Below, in pieces: positions 48,333 to 56,073 of a stretch of DNA of 59,744 bases. The notes under the pieces are model-generated. The model ran no database searches, was not told where the DNA came from, and saw only the letters and a list, made by a program, of their open reading frames with translations. Positions within the stretch are counted from its first letter, which is position 1. Every line of letters starts with the position of its first letter. The stretch is from NCBI GenBank assembly GCA_021827665.1, contig JAKAUR010000026.1, forward strand, positions 1 through 59,744, written 5' to 3'. A program made the position numbers and the translations under genes. This DNA comes from Candidatus Micrarchaeota archaeon. GTDB taxonomy: Archaea; Micrarchaeota; Micrarchaeia; Micrarchaeales; Micrarchaeaceae.

Positions 48333-48405
48333 TTATATCAATTTATATGATAAAAATAACAAAATATTTATATATTTGGATAAACAATATACTAACAGTG
48401 ATAAC

Positions 48406-48996
48406 ATGGAAGGAGTGCCAATAGAAGAAAAGTTCGAACAGATGGAGGCAAACGCTTATTTTCCGAAGGAAGACAAGATAGAGAAGATTAAAGTTCCGGA
48501 AAGGGGACGCTGGAGCATACTGACGTTCTACCCTGGCGATTTCACGTTCGTGTGCGCCACAGACATAGAAGCGTTCATGGGGCTCTACGACGAGTTCAAG
48601 AAGAACGATGCCGACGTGCTCGCGATAAGCACCGACAGCGTTTTCTCGCACAAGGGATGGGCGCAGACAAGCCCCAGGGTCCAGAAGAGCTCAATACCTA
48701 TGATCGAGGACTTCAACAAGGAGATAACCAAAAAGTTCGGGCTGCTCAATGCAAGCACGGGACAGGCAAGAAGGTCAGTGGTAATAGTAGACCCTGACGG
48801 AAACATACAGTACATGGCTGCTTTCAACAACAACCTCGGAAAGGACGCCGACCACATACTCAACGCGTTCCTCGGGCTCAAGTACCTCAGGGACCACCCG
48901 GCCAAGGAGGGCCACATGTGCGCAATACCGGCCAACTGGAGGAAGGGCAAGGAAGCGCTCGACATAGACGTTGTGAAGGACATAGGAAAGCTCTGA
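48406..48996 (+). CDS. Peroxiredoxin (AhpC/Prx1-like)
   Basis: YPGDFTFVC, STDSVFSH..W and C..PANW motifs. Real start is ATG 48406. Confidence 0.92.
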   Translation: MEGVPIEEKFEQMEANAYFPKEDKIEKIKVPERGRWSILTFYPGDFTFVCATDIEAFMGLYDEFKKNDADVLAISTDSVFSHKGWAQTSPRVQKSSIPMIEDFNKEITKKFGLLNASTGQARRSVVIVDPDGNIQYMAAFNNNLGKDADHILNAFLGLKYLRDHPAKEGHMCAIPANWRKGKEALDIDVVKDIGKL

Positions 48997-49135
48997 GCTT
49001 TCCTTTTTCCTTGTTCTTTGGTTATAGGCAGCTTTTTATATTTTAACGCTGCTAAACCTTATTGCATTTGAAGAAGCTTTAATATTCTTTCTTGCAATTA
49101 AATTAGCAAAACTTGACGCTTAAAGGCGAATTTCT

Positions 49136-49555
49136 ATGTCAAAATCCGTTATCAACAAGCTAGTTGGCGTAGTCCGAATAAGGGGCACGGTCAACGTTAG
49201 GTACGACACCGCAGAGACCCTGAAGAGGCTTAGGCTAAAGAGGGTCAACAACTGCACCATATTGAAGGTCAGCAAGGATTACGAGGGCATGCTCAAGACG
49301 TGCAACAACTACGTAGCTTACGGAGAACTCAATGAGGAGATATTGGACAAGCTGCTGAAAAAGGCTGGATCTGATGCCGACGTCAAGAAGGTCGCAAGCG
49401 GCGAATACGACATGAAGAAGCTCAAGGAGCTCATGCCGGTCAGGCTGCATCCTCCGACGCACGGATACAAGAGCACAAAGCTTGGCTACAAGCAGGGCGG
49501 AGACCTTGGCTACATGGGCAGCGACATAAACAAGCTCATAAAAAGGATGATTTAA
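49136..49555 (+). CDS. rpl30: 50S ribosomal protein L30 (uL30)
   Basis: VVRIRG, ETLKRLRL, RLHPP and INKLIKRM motifs. Confidence 0.93.
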   Translation: MSKSVINKLVGVVRIRGTVNVRYDTAETLKRLRLKRVNNCTILKVSKDYEGMLKTCNNYVAYGELNEEILDKLLKKAGSDADVKKVASGEYDMKKLKELMPVRLHPPTHGYKSTKLGYKQGGDLGYMGSDINKLIKRMI

Positions 49556-49965
49556 TGGTAGTAAGGCATCAGAAGAAAAGCAGGAAATACCTGGGCAATA
49601 GGAGATGGGGCGTAGGAAACATAAAGAATGCCAGGGGCGCAGGAGACAGGGGAGGCGTCGGAAGAAGGACAGCGCACAAGAAGCACAACTTCACGTACCT
49701 TACAGCCAAGCACCCGGAAGAGATAAGGAAGCACGGCTTCACCAAGTGGATGCCGACGAAGCTCAAGAGCGTAAGCCTGTACTCGATAAACATAATGCTC
49801 AAGAAGTCCAATACGAGCGAGATAGAGCTCGCTGGCTACAAGGTCCTTAGCAACGGAACCCTGGAAGTTCCGGCCAAGATAAAGGCCGAAGCGTTCTCCG
49901 AAAAGGCCATGGAGAAGATAAAGAAAGCCAACGGGGAAGCAATAACCCTCGGCAAACAGGAATGA
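49555..49965 (+). CDS. rpl15: 50S ribosomal protein L15 (uL15)
   Basis: RGAGDRGGVG, GYKVL and FSEKAMEKI motifs. Confidence 0.92.
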   Translation: MVVRHQKKSRKYLGNRRWGVGNIKNARGAGDRGGVGRRTAHKKHNFTYLTAKHPEEIRKHGFTKWMPTKLKSVSLYSINIMLKKSNTSEIELAGYKVLSNGTLEVPAKIKAEAFSEKAMEKIKKANGEAITLGKQE

Positions 49966-50017
49966 AATTTTACAACATGCCGTGGACCACGGCATTCAAA
50001 GCAACGGCGGCAAAAAC

Positions 50018-51226
50018 ATGAGATCAAGCTTGAACATTTTCTTTTATACGGACACCTTCCTTCCAGCAGTCGACGGCGCAGTCACCTCGATGCTCGGATT
50101 CAAGGACGAGCTAGAATCCAGGGGCCACAGAGTAGTGATAGTGGCTTCGGGAAACAAGAAGACGAAGGAACTCGTGAAGAAGGACAAAAACATAATAGTA
50201 GTTCCCAGCGTCAAGTTCAGGAGATATCCGCAATACAATTTCGCGCTTATGCCGTTCATGGCAGCCAGCAAGATAGGAGTCTACGATGCCGACATAGTGC
50301 ACATGCAGACCCCATTTACGGTTGGAACGTACGGCCTGCTTGTAGCCAAGATGGGAAAGATACCGTCTGTCGGATCATTCCACACCCTTTTCACCAAAAA
50401 CAACGTGATAAAGGAATATGGAGTTTCAAACCCGCTGGCTAGGAAGCTGTTCCTTAGATACGCATGGCCTTATGCCAGGTTCTTCTACGGCAGCTGCACC
50501 AGGGTCATAGCACCCAGTGCAAGCATAAAAAGCCTTCTCGTGAAGCAGAAGGTGAGCAACAACATAGACGTCGTGCCTAACGGCGTGGATACGAAGCGCT
50601 TCAACCCAAAGGTTAAGGGATCTGCGCTTAAGCACATACTTACTGGAGACAATGAATCGGCCCTGGTGCTTTACATGGGAAGGATAAGCAGGGAGAAGAA
50701 CATAGGCACCATGCTGAGCGCAGCTAAAATGCTGAGCAAGAAAAGGAGAAAGATAAAATTCGTAATAGCTGGAACCGGACCTGCAATGGACCAGTATATA
50801 AGATACGTGCACAGGAACGGGCTCGAGAGGACTGTCAAGTTCGTGGGCTTCGTGAGCGAGAGGGAGCTTCCGAAGTATTATGCCGCGGCTGACGTACTCT
50901 GCATGCCCTCGACGTTCGAGACCCAGGGCATAGTTTCATTGGAGGCCATGGCTTCAGGAAAGCCGGTAGTCGGGGCCGATTACCTCGCCCTCAGGGATTT
51001 GATAGTCAACGGAAAAAACGGCGAGAAGTTCAAGCCGCTAGATTATAGAGATTGTGCCATGAAAATAGAAAAGGTTATAAATAATTTATCCTCTTATAAA
51101 GAGTGTGTAAAAACTGCCAGAGAGTATTCCATAGCCAAGGTCACAGATGGACTCTTGAAGACTTATTCGACGGCAATTGAAGATTCTGCAAAAAGAAAAA
51201 ACAACAGTTTAAAGGCGGTTTTTTGA
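50018..51226 (+). CDS. Glycosyltransferase family 4
   Basis: DTFLPAVDG, GRISREKN and ETQGIVSLEAMASG motifs. Confidence 0.92.
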   Translation: MRSSLNIFFYTDTFLPAVDGAVTSMLGFKDELESRGHRVVIVASGNKKTKELVKKDKNIIVVPSVKFRRYPQYNFALMPFMAASKIGVYDADIVHMQTPFTVGTYGLLVAKMGKIPSVGSFHTLFTKNNVIKEYGVSNPLARKLFLRYAWPYARFFYGSCTRVIAPSASIKSLLVKQKVSNNIDVVPNGVDTKRFNPKVKGSALKHILTGDNESALVLYMGRISREKNIGTMLSAAKMLSKKRRKIKFVIAGTGPAMDQYIRYVHRNGLERTVKFVGFVSERELPKYYAAADVLCMPSTFETQGIVSLEAMASGKPVVGADYLALRDLIVNGKNGEKFKPLDYRDCAMKIEKVINNLSSYKECVKTAREYSIAKVTDGLLKTYSTAIEDSAKRKNNSLKAVF

Positions 51227-51957
51227 AAGAGAGCAATGAAAACGTAGCAGCTAAAGAAGAAACAACTGCACAGCCAAAGCAAGCGAGCGAGACAGCGGCA
51301 CCCGCGCACGTAGCGAAGGTTCCGGATACTGGACAGGGAGCGAGGAAATCGCTTAGCCTGCTCATAAAGGAATCAAGCAACCCGGAAGTGCTGAACATAA
51401 AGAATCAGATAGACGAATGTAGGAAGGAGAGGGACGCTCTCATAACGGAGATAAAGGACTACCGCAGAAAGCTTGAGTATAAGGAAGCGGAGAATGTCGC
51501 GATAACAAAGTTCGTCGAAAGCGAAAAGGACAATGTCGAAGTCAAGAAAATAGGATACCTCAAAAGGCAGAAGAACAGGCTGGAATTCAAGCTCTCGACC
51601 GAGGCCAGGATGTCGCTGGACGACGAGAAGGGAATAATAAGGAAGATAGCCGAAATAGACGGACAGCTGGAAGGATTGCTTAAGTTCGTGAGGCTGCAGC
51701 GCAAGATAGGCTACATACAGGACGACATAAAGAATTATACTGAAAAGCTCAACGAGACTGACAGGAAGATACGCGAGCTCGACACAAAGCTCGACGACCT
51801 CTACCTGGCAGTCAGGAAAGCATTGGGAATACGCGGCAGCCGCGGAATGGATCAGCAGCAGAGGCCGGCAAGAAGGAAGCAGACCCAGCAGCAGGCGCAG
51901 CCAGAGATAAACATGGAAGACATAGCAGTGATAAAGAAGAAAGGCAAGGTGGAGTAA
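51223..51957 (+). CDS. Archaeal coiled-coil protein
   Basis: Heptad-rich sequence with an LEFKLSTE...EK.II pattern. Confidence 0.7.
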   Translation: MKESNENVAAKEETTAQPKQASETAAPAHVAKVPDTGQGARKSLSLLIKESSNPEVLNIKNQIDECRKERDALITEIKDYRRKLEYKEAENVAITKFVESEKDNVEVKKIGYLKRQKNRLEFKLSTEARMSLDDEKGIIRKIAEIDGQLEGLLKFVRLQRKIGYIQDDIKNYTEKLNETDRKIRELDTKLDDLYLAVRKALGIRGSRGMDQQQRPARRKQTQQQAQPEINMEDIAVIKKKGKVE

Positions 51958-52031
51958 TCCACCTTGCATCTTTTCCTTTATGCAGATATCGCGTGCGATA
52001 CCTTTTAAAGCAGGTAGCATGCGTAAATAGG

Positions 52032-52124
52032 AATATAAAAAACAAACAAAAAGAAAAACAAAAATAAAAAAATAGAAAAATAAAATAAAAAATACAAAAT
52101 AAAAAATAGTGAAACAAAGACAGA
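52032..52124 (+). other. Extreme A-rich low-complexity intergenic tract (putative 5' leader)
   Basis: Runs of 3-7 A separated mostly by single C/T/G bases, lying between a TATA-like TTTTAAA (52003) and the AGGTGA RBS of the next gene. Confidence 0.75.
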
Positions 52125-52143
52125 ATTTGAAAAGGTGAAATAA

Positions 52144-53463
52144 TTGAAAATTACTTTTTTTGGAGCTGCCGGCGAAGTAGGCCGCAGTTGCATAATGGTT
52201 TCGAGCGGAAGCACAAGCATCCTTCTGGATGCAGGAGTCAAGCTCGGATCCGACGATCAGTTCCCGAAGATAGAAGACGGGAAGCTTAAGGAAATAGACG
52301 GGATAGTAATATCCCACGCGCATCTGGACCATTGCGGATACCTTCCGCACATATACAGTGCAGGATACAGGAACAAGACCTATGTCACCAAACCGACATC
52401 TGAGCTTGCTAGCGTGCTCATAAACGACTACATGCACATATCAAACCCAAACAACGTCACCAAGGAGGGGCTGCAACAGCTGGGAAAGAACTACTCGCTG
52501 CACGAGTACAAGAAGGAGTTCAAGATAAAGGACCTCACGATAACTTTCATACCTGCGGGCCACATACTTGGAAGCGCTCTGATAAAGGTTAGCGACGGCA
52601 AGGAGACGCTCATATACACAGGAGACATAAACCTGACTAAGACAAGGCTTCTCGACGGAGCGGACCTCAAGGGGCTCAAGGCTGACATACTTATAACCGA
52701 AAGCACATACGGAGGCAAGGACGACATATTCAAGGACGAGAAGGAAACTGCAAAGGACATGGTAAACAGCACGGTAGAAACCATAAAGGCTGGAGGCAAG
52801 GTAGTAGTGCCTAGCTTCGCAGTGGGAAGGGCACAGGAGGTCCTGTTCCTGCTTGACGATTACATGAATTCCGGAGTCATACCAAAGGTGCCAATCTACA
52901 TGGACGGAATGATAAACAAGGCCATGAGGATACACAGGCACAATGTGATATACTGCAGGAAGGAGCTGCAGAGAAGGATATTGATGAGCGATGCTGATCC
53001 CTTCAAGAGCGAGAACTTCTCCATTGTCGAGAAGAAGAATATAAGGACAAAAATAGCTACTAACGACGAAAGCTCCATAATAGTGACAACGAGCGGAATG
53101 CTGAGCGGAGGGCCCATAATGTACTATCTCACGAAGATGGCCGGCAACTCGCTCAACAAGATGATATTGGTAGGATACCAGGCCGAAGGCACAATGGGAA
53201 GGGAGATGCAGGAAGGAGCCAGGGAGATAACGATAAACGACTCGAAGATAAGAGTGGAGATGGCTGTGGAAACGTACCACATGTCTGCACATGCAGACAG
53301 GAAGCAGCTGGAGAGCATACCCGGCAAGATAGCGGACCTCAAGCACATATTCATAGTGCATGGTGAACGCGGCAAGTCTGAGTACCTCAAGTCCAGGCTG
53401 GAGGAACTCCCCAAGAAGTACGAAGTGACGGTGCCCAACCTTGGAGATTCATTCGAGGTATAA
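52144..53463 (+). CDS. Beta-CASP metallo-beta-lactamase ribonuclease (CPSF-like, no KH domains)
   Basis: GAAGEVGRS, HAHLDH, AGHILGS, ESTYG, GRAQE, SAHAD and HGE motifs. Confidence 0.93.
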   Translation: MKITFFGAAGEVGRSCIMVSSGSTSILLDAGVKLGSDDQFPKIEDGKLKEIDGIVISHAHLDHCGYLPHIYSAGYRNKTYVTKPTSELASVLINDYMHISNPNNVTKEGLQQLGKNYSLHEYKKEFKIKDLTITFIPAGHILGSALIKVSDGKETLIYTGDINLTKTRLLDGADLKGLKADILITESTYGGKDDIFKDEKETAKDMVNSTVETIKAGGKVVVPSFAVGRAQEVLFLLDDYMNSGVIPKVPIYMDGMINKAMRIHRHNVIYCRKELQRRILMSDADPFKSENFSIVEKKNIRTKIATNDESSIIVTTSGMLSGGPIMYYLTKMAGNSLNKMILVGYQAEGTMGREMQEGAREITINDSKIRVEMAVETYHMSAHADRKQLESIPGKIADLKHIFIVHGERGKSEYLKSRLEELPKKYEVTVPNLGDSFEV

Positions 53464-53575
53464 ACGGCAGAGAGAATTGTACCTGTTTTGCACTTTTTAG
53501 GCAAAAAGCTTTTAAATAACCTTCGGTTTAAATATGAGCGGATTCAATATTTTGAAGCCGTCCAGTGAAGGGGTT

Positions 53576-54019
53576 ATGAAGCAAAAGAAGCAGGATTCGA
53601 AGAGGGAAATAGAAAACCTCAAAAGGCTCCGCGAGATAGAGGCCATGATACAGAAGGGCGACATAGAAAACGCCTTCGTGTCCAACGCCTCGAAGGATTC
53701 GGAGACCGTCAGCAATGCCGTCGCAGACGACATACTGAACAAGCTAGAATCCGAGAACATAGACACGAGAGATATAACCAACATGATATCCTTCACTTCG
53801 AACAAGACAACCACTGTAGTGAAGAGGCCAGCCAAGAGAGCGGCTGCAAAGGCCAAGGCAGTAAAGCCGGCCAAGGCCACTGCGAGCAAGCAGAGGAAGG
53901 CTTCTCAGCCTAAGCCCAAGCAAAAGGCAGTGGCAAAAGCCAAGCCCAAGGCAGCAAAGGCCAAATCATCAAAAAAACAGCAGCATAAAAGCGTTCAGAA
54001 GAAGAAGGGAAGGCGCTGA
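53576..54019 (+). CDS. Hypothetical protein with Lys/Ala/Pro-rich histone H1-like tail
   Basis: C-terminal KPAKA/KAKPK repeats. Confidence 0.7.
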   Translation: MKQKKQDSKREIENLKRLREIEAMIQKGDIENAFVSNASKDSETVSNAVADDILNKLESENIDTRDITNMISFTSNKTTTVVKRPAKRAAAKAKAVKPAKATASKQRKASQPKPKQKAVAKAKPKAAKAKSSKKQQHKSVQKKKGRR

Positions 54020-54108
54020 AATCGCAAAAGGGTTTTCCGCGGAGAAAACCTAAACGCAGTTTTCGCAAGGCTTATAAATTGGTTTTCCATAATCCTATTT
54101 GCTTTTGA

Positions 54109-54180
54109 GGGCTCTTGGCTCAGTAGTAGAGCACCCGCTTTGCAAGCGGGGGGTCGCGGGTGCGAATCCCGCAGAGTCCA
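54109..54180 (+). tRNA. tRNA-Ala (TGC)
   Basis: GGGCTCT/AGAGTCC acceptor stem with G3-U70, anticodon arm CCCGC-TTTGCAA-GCGGG. Confidence 0.95.
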
Positions 54181-54335
54181 TCTAAATTTTAGTAGCCCAT
54201 AGACGACAATTATATAACTGCACTGCCAGATTTTTGGATGGCAGTTAAAAGAGTGCATAATACAATAAGCTCGACTAAGCGAAAAGCATATATATAAAGT
54301 TATACTATATTATTATAAAAAATAAGGGTATTGGA

Positions 54336-54566
54336 ATGTCAAATATCAATATAGAACTTAAGGGGTATACCAAAGAGGTAATAGACCGTATGGTCGAAGA
54401 GAATTATGTTAAAACAAAGACTGAAGCCATAAGGCTTGCTTTGTTTGAGTTTGATCAGATGCACGGATTAACCGATGACGAATTATATGGCACGGCCGCA
54501 GAAAAAATTATCAAGGATATTAAGTCTGGCAAGGAGAAGGTCCATGCATTTGCATTGAAAAAGTGA
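54336..54566 (+). CDS. Ribbon-helix-helix antitoxin
   Basis: NINIEL...IDRMVEENYVKTKTEAIRLAL RHH pattern; overlaps the toxin start. Confidence 0.75.
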   Translation: MSNINIELKGYTKEVIDRMVEENYVKTKTEAIRLALFEFDQMHGLTDDELYGTAAEKIIKDIKSGKEKVHAFALKK

Positions 54567-54820
54567 ACCTCGTGGAGCTATTTTCGACAAGTGAGTTTGA
54601 CAAGGATTACAAAAAAAGCAGCAAGGAGGACATAAAACGTATAAACAGGCTGATAGAGCAACTTAAAAAAGGCATACCTGTAGGCAAACCGTTGCGCCAT
54701 TTAAAAAACACTTTTTCTATCAGGGTGGGCAACAAACGACTTGTATACACCATGGAGGGAGACAAGCTAACTCTGCTATTTTTTAAGAGCAGGGAAGGAG
54801 TATATGACTATTTAAGATAG
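54563..54820 (+). CDS. RelE/ParE family toxin
   Basis: FDKDYKK...GKPL...FSIRVGNKRLVY...REGVY. Confidence 0.82.
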   Translation: MNLVELFSTSEFDKDYKKSSKEDIKRINRLIEQLKKGIPVGKPLRHLKNTFSIRVGNKRLVYTMEGDKLTLLFFKSREGVYDYLR

Positions 54821-54857
54821 ACTAAAACGGTACGCGGCACATGACTTGCCTGAGTTT

Positions 54858-54876
54858 CGAATCCCGCAGAGTCCAT
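54858..54876 (+). repeat. att-like copy of tRNA-Ala 3' end
   Basis: Exact 19-bp match to 54163-54181. Confidence 0.85.
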
Positions 54877-54978
54877 TAAGCTGTTTTCTTCCAAGTTTGA
54901 CTTATCGATTGGGATAGCCTGAAACACCTACGCAGTAAATATTAGATACGTTAATTTGCATAATGATATGTGGTTTTT

Positions 54979-55227
54979 ATGCCGAATATCACTCTTTCGA
55001 TAAGTGAAGAGCTTAAGAAAGAGATGAAGAAGCACCCCTCTGTTAATTGGTCTTATGCATTCAGGAATGCAATAGAACAGAAAATTGTAGATTTTGAAGA
55101 AGCAGAGAAAATAGCAAGGAAAAGCAGGCTTAGTTTGAAGGACTGGAAATCAATAGATGCAAAAATTTCCAGAGACGCTGCAAGACATGCAAAGGCTTTA
55201 CTTCATGAAGGTAACTGTAACCGTTGA
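54979..55227 (+). CDS. VapB-like RHH antitoxin
   Basis: MPNITLSISEELKKEMKKHPSVNWS...AI pattern. Confidence 0.75.
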   Translation: MPNITLSISEELKKEMKKHPSVNWSYAFRNAIEQKIVDFEEAEKIARKSRLSLKDWKSIDAKISRDAARHAKALLHEGNCNR

Positions 55228-55255
55228 TGAAAATATACTTATAAAAAAGTTTTAA
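55205..55255 (+). pseudogene. Truncated PIN (VapC-like) toxin remnant
   Basis: Overlapping mini-ORF MKVTVTVDENILIKKF* resembles a PIN first strand (VD.NIL) and then stops. Confidence 0.5.
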
Positions 55256-55287
55256 TGGAAATCCCACAGCTTCCATTATGTTTAAGC

Positions 55288-56028
55288 TTATATCTTTACA
55301 ATCTCGCCCAAATGCTCCTTCTTTGCCTTGAGGTGCTTTGTCGTGTGCCTGTCCGCTTTTATTTCCAATGGCTTTAGCTTGGGGTCGTATCCGTTCTCCT
55401 TGAGCTCTTTGAGCTTTGAAAGGTTGTTCGCTACTACTGTGATGCTGCCGCTTTCGAGCCCGAAGAACTTAAGCAAAGCCGCTACGCCGTAGTAATCCCT
55501 TATGTCGATTTTCTTGTTCACTGCCTTTGCGGCTTCGTATGTGTCATAGCCGAAGTATTCCTGGAGCCCCAATGTCGCGTATTTCCTTGCAAATCCGTGT
55601 CCTCTGCCCTCCTGGTTCGGTATTGTTATGAGAAGCCCGGAACCGTGCTTGCCAATTATCTTCATTGATTCCAGCAATTGCTGCCTGCAGGTGCACGTAT
55701 TGTCCAGGTATATCTCTCCGCTCCTGCAGCCAGAATCCGTTTTTAGATAGACCGTTTTGCCATTTTCAAAAACAGGCATTAGGTTATTGTCAAATCCCTT
55801 GGCTGCGACAAGCACTTCGTAATCCTTCCATCTATCGTTCAGCCTGAACTCGCAAAGCATGAACTTTCCGTATGGTGTAGATATGGGGCCGGCTGCGTAC
55901 CTTGTTACTTTTATTTTCTTCTTTGCCTTTCCATAAGAAACCTGAATCGTTGAACTTTTGGGCTTTGATGCCTTTATTATGTCTTTTTCATTTATGCTGC
56001 GCATCTTATCATTTTTATTGCTGAACAA
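55288..56028 (-). CDS. ribA: GTP cyclohydrolase II-like protein
   Basis: TPYGKF, Zn ligands SGC.SGE....CTC, QEGRGHG and D.R.Y motifs. Confidence 0.82.
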   Translation of the reverse strand: MFSNKNDKMRSINEKDIIKASKPKSSTIQVSYGKAKKKIKVTRYAAGPISTPYGKFMLCEFRLNDRWKDYEVLVAAKGFDNNLMPVFENGKTVYLKTDSGCRSGEIYLDNTCTCRQQLLESMKIIGKHGSGLLITIPNQEGRGHGFARKYATLGLQEYFGYDTYEAAKAVNKKIDIRDYYGVAALLKFFGLESGSITVVANNLSKLKELKENGYDPKLKPLEIKADRHTTKHLKAKKEHLGEIVKI

Positions 56029-56073
56029 AGTCTAAAAACACCCAATATAAAGGCTTTTGGGAAAGAAATACCC

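Larger units (their letters stand above)
54163..54876. mobile_element. Minimal tRNA-Ala-integrated islet bounded by 19-bp direct repeats, carrying a TA pair
   Basis: CGAATCCCGCAGAGTCCAT occurs at 54163-54181 (tRNA 3' end) and 54858-54876. Interior is AT-rich with no integrase. Confidence 0.7.

Noticed and set aside
48178-48405. N-terminal extension of the peroxiredoxin
   Set aside because: It overlaps the divergent lrp gene and promoter; ATG 48406 gives a normal-length protein.
51373-53361. Long minus-strand ORFs (354 aa, 306 aa, Phe-rich 101 aa)
   Set aside because: Antisense shadows of well-supported + strand genes and of the A-rich tract, with no motifs.
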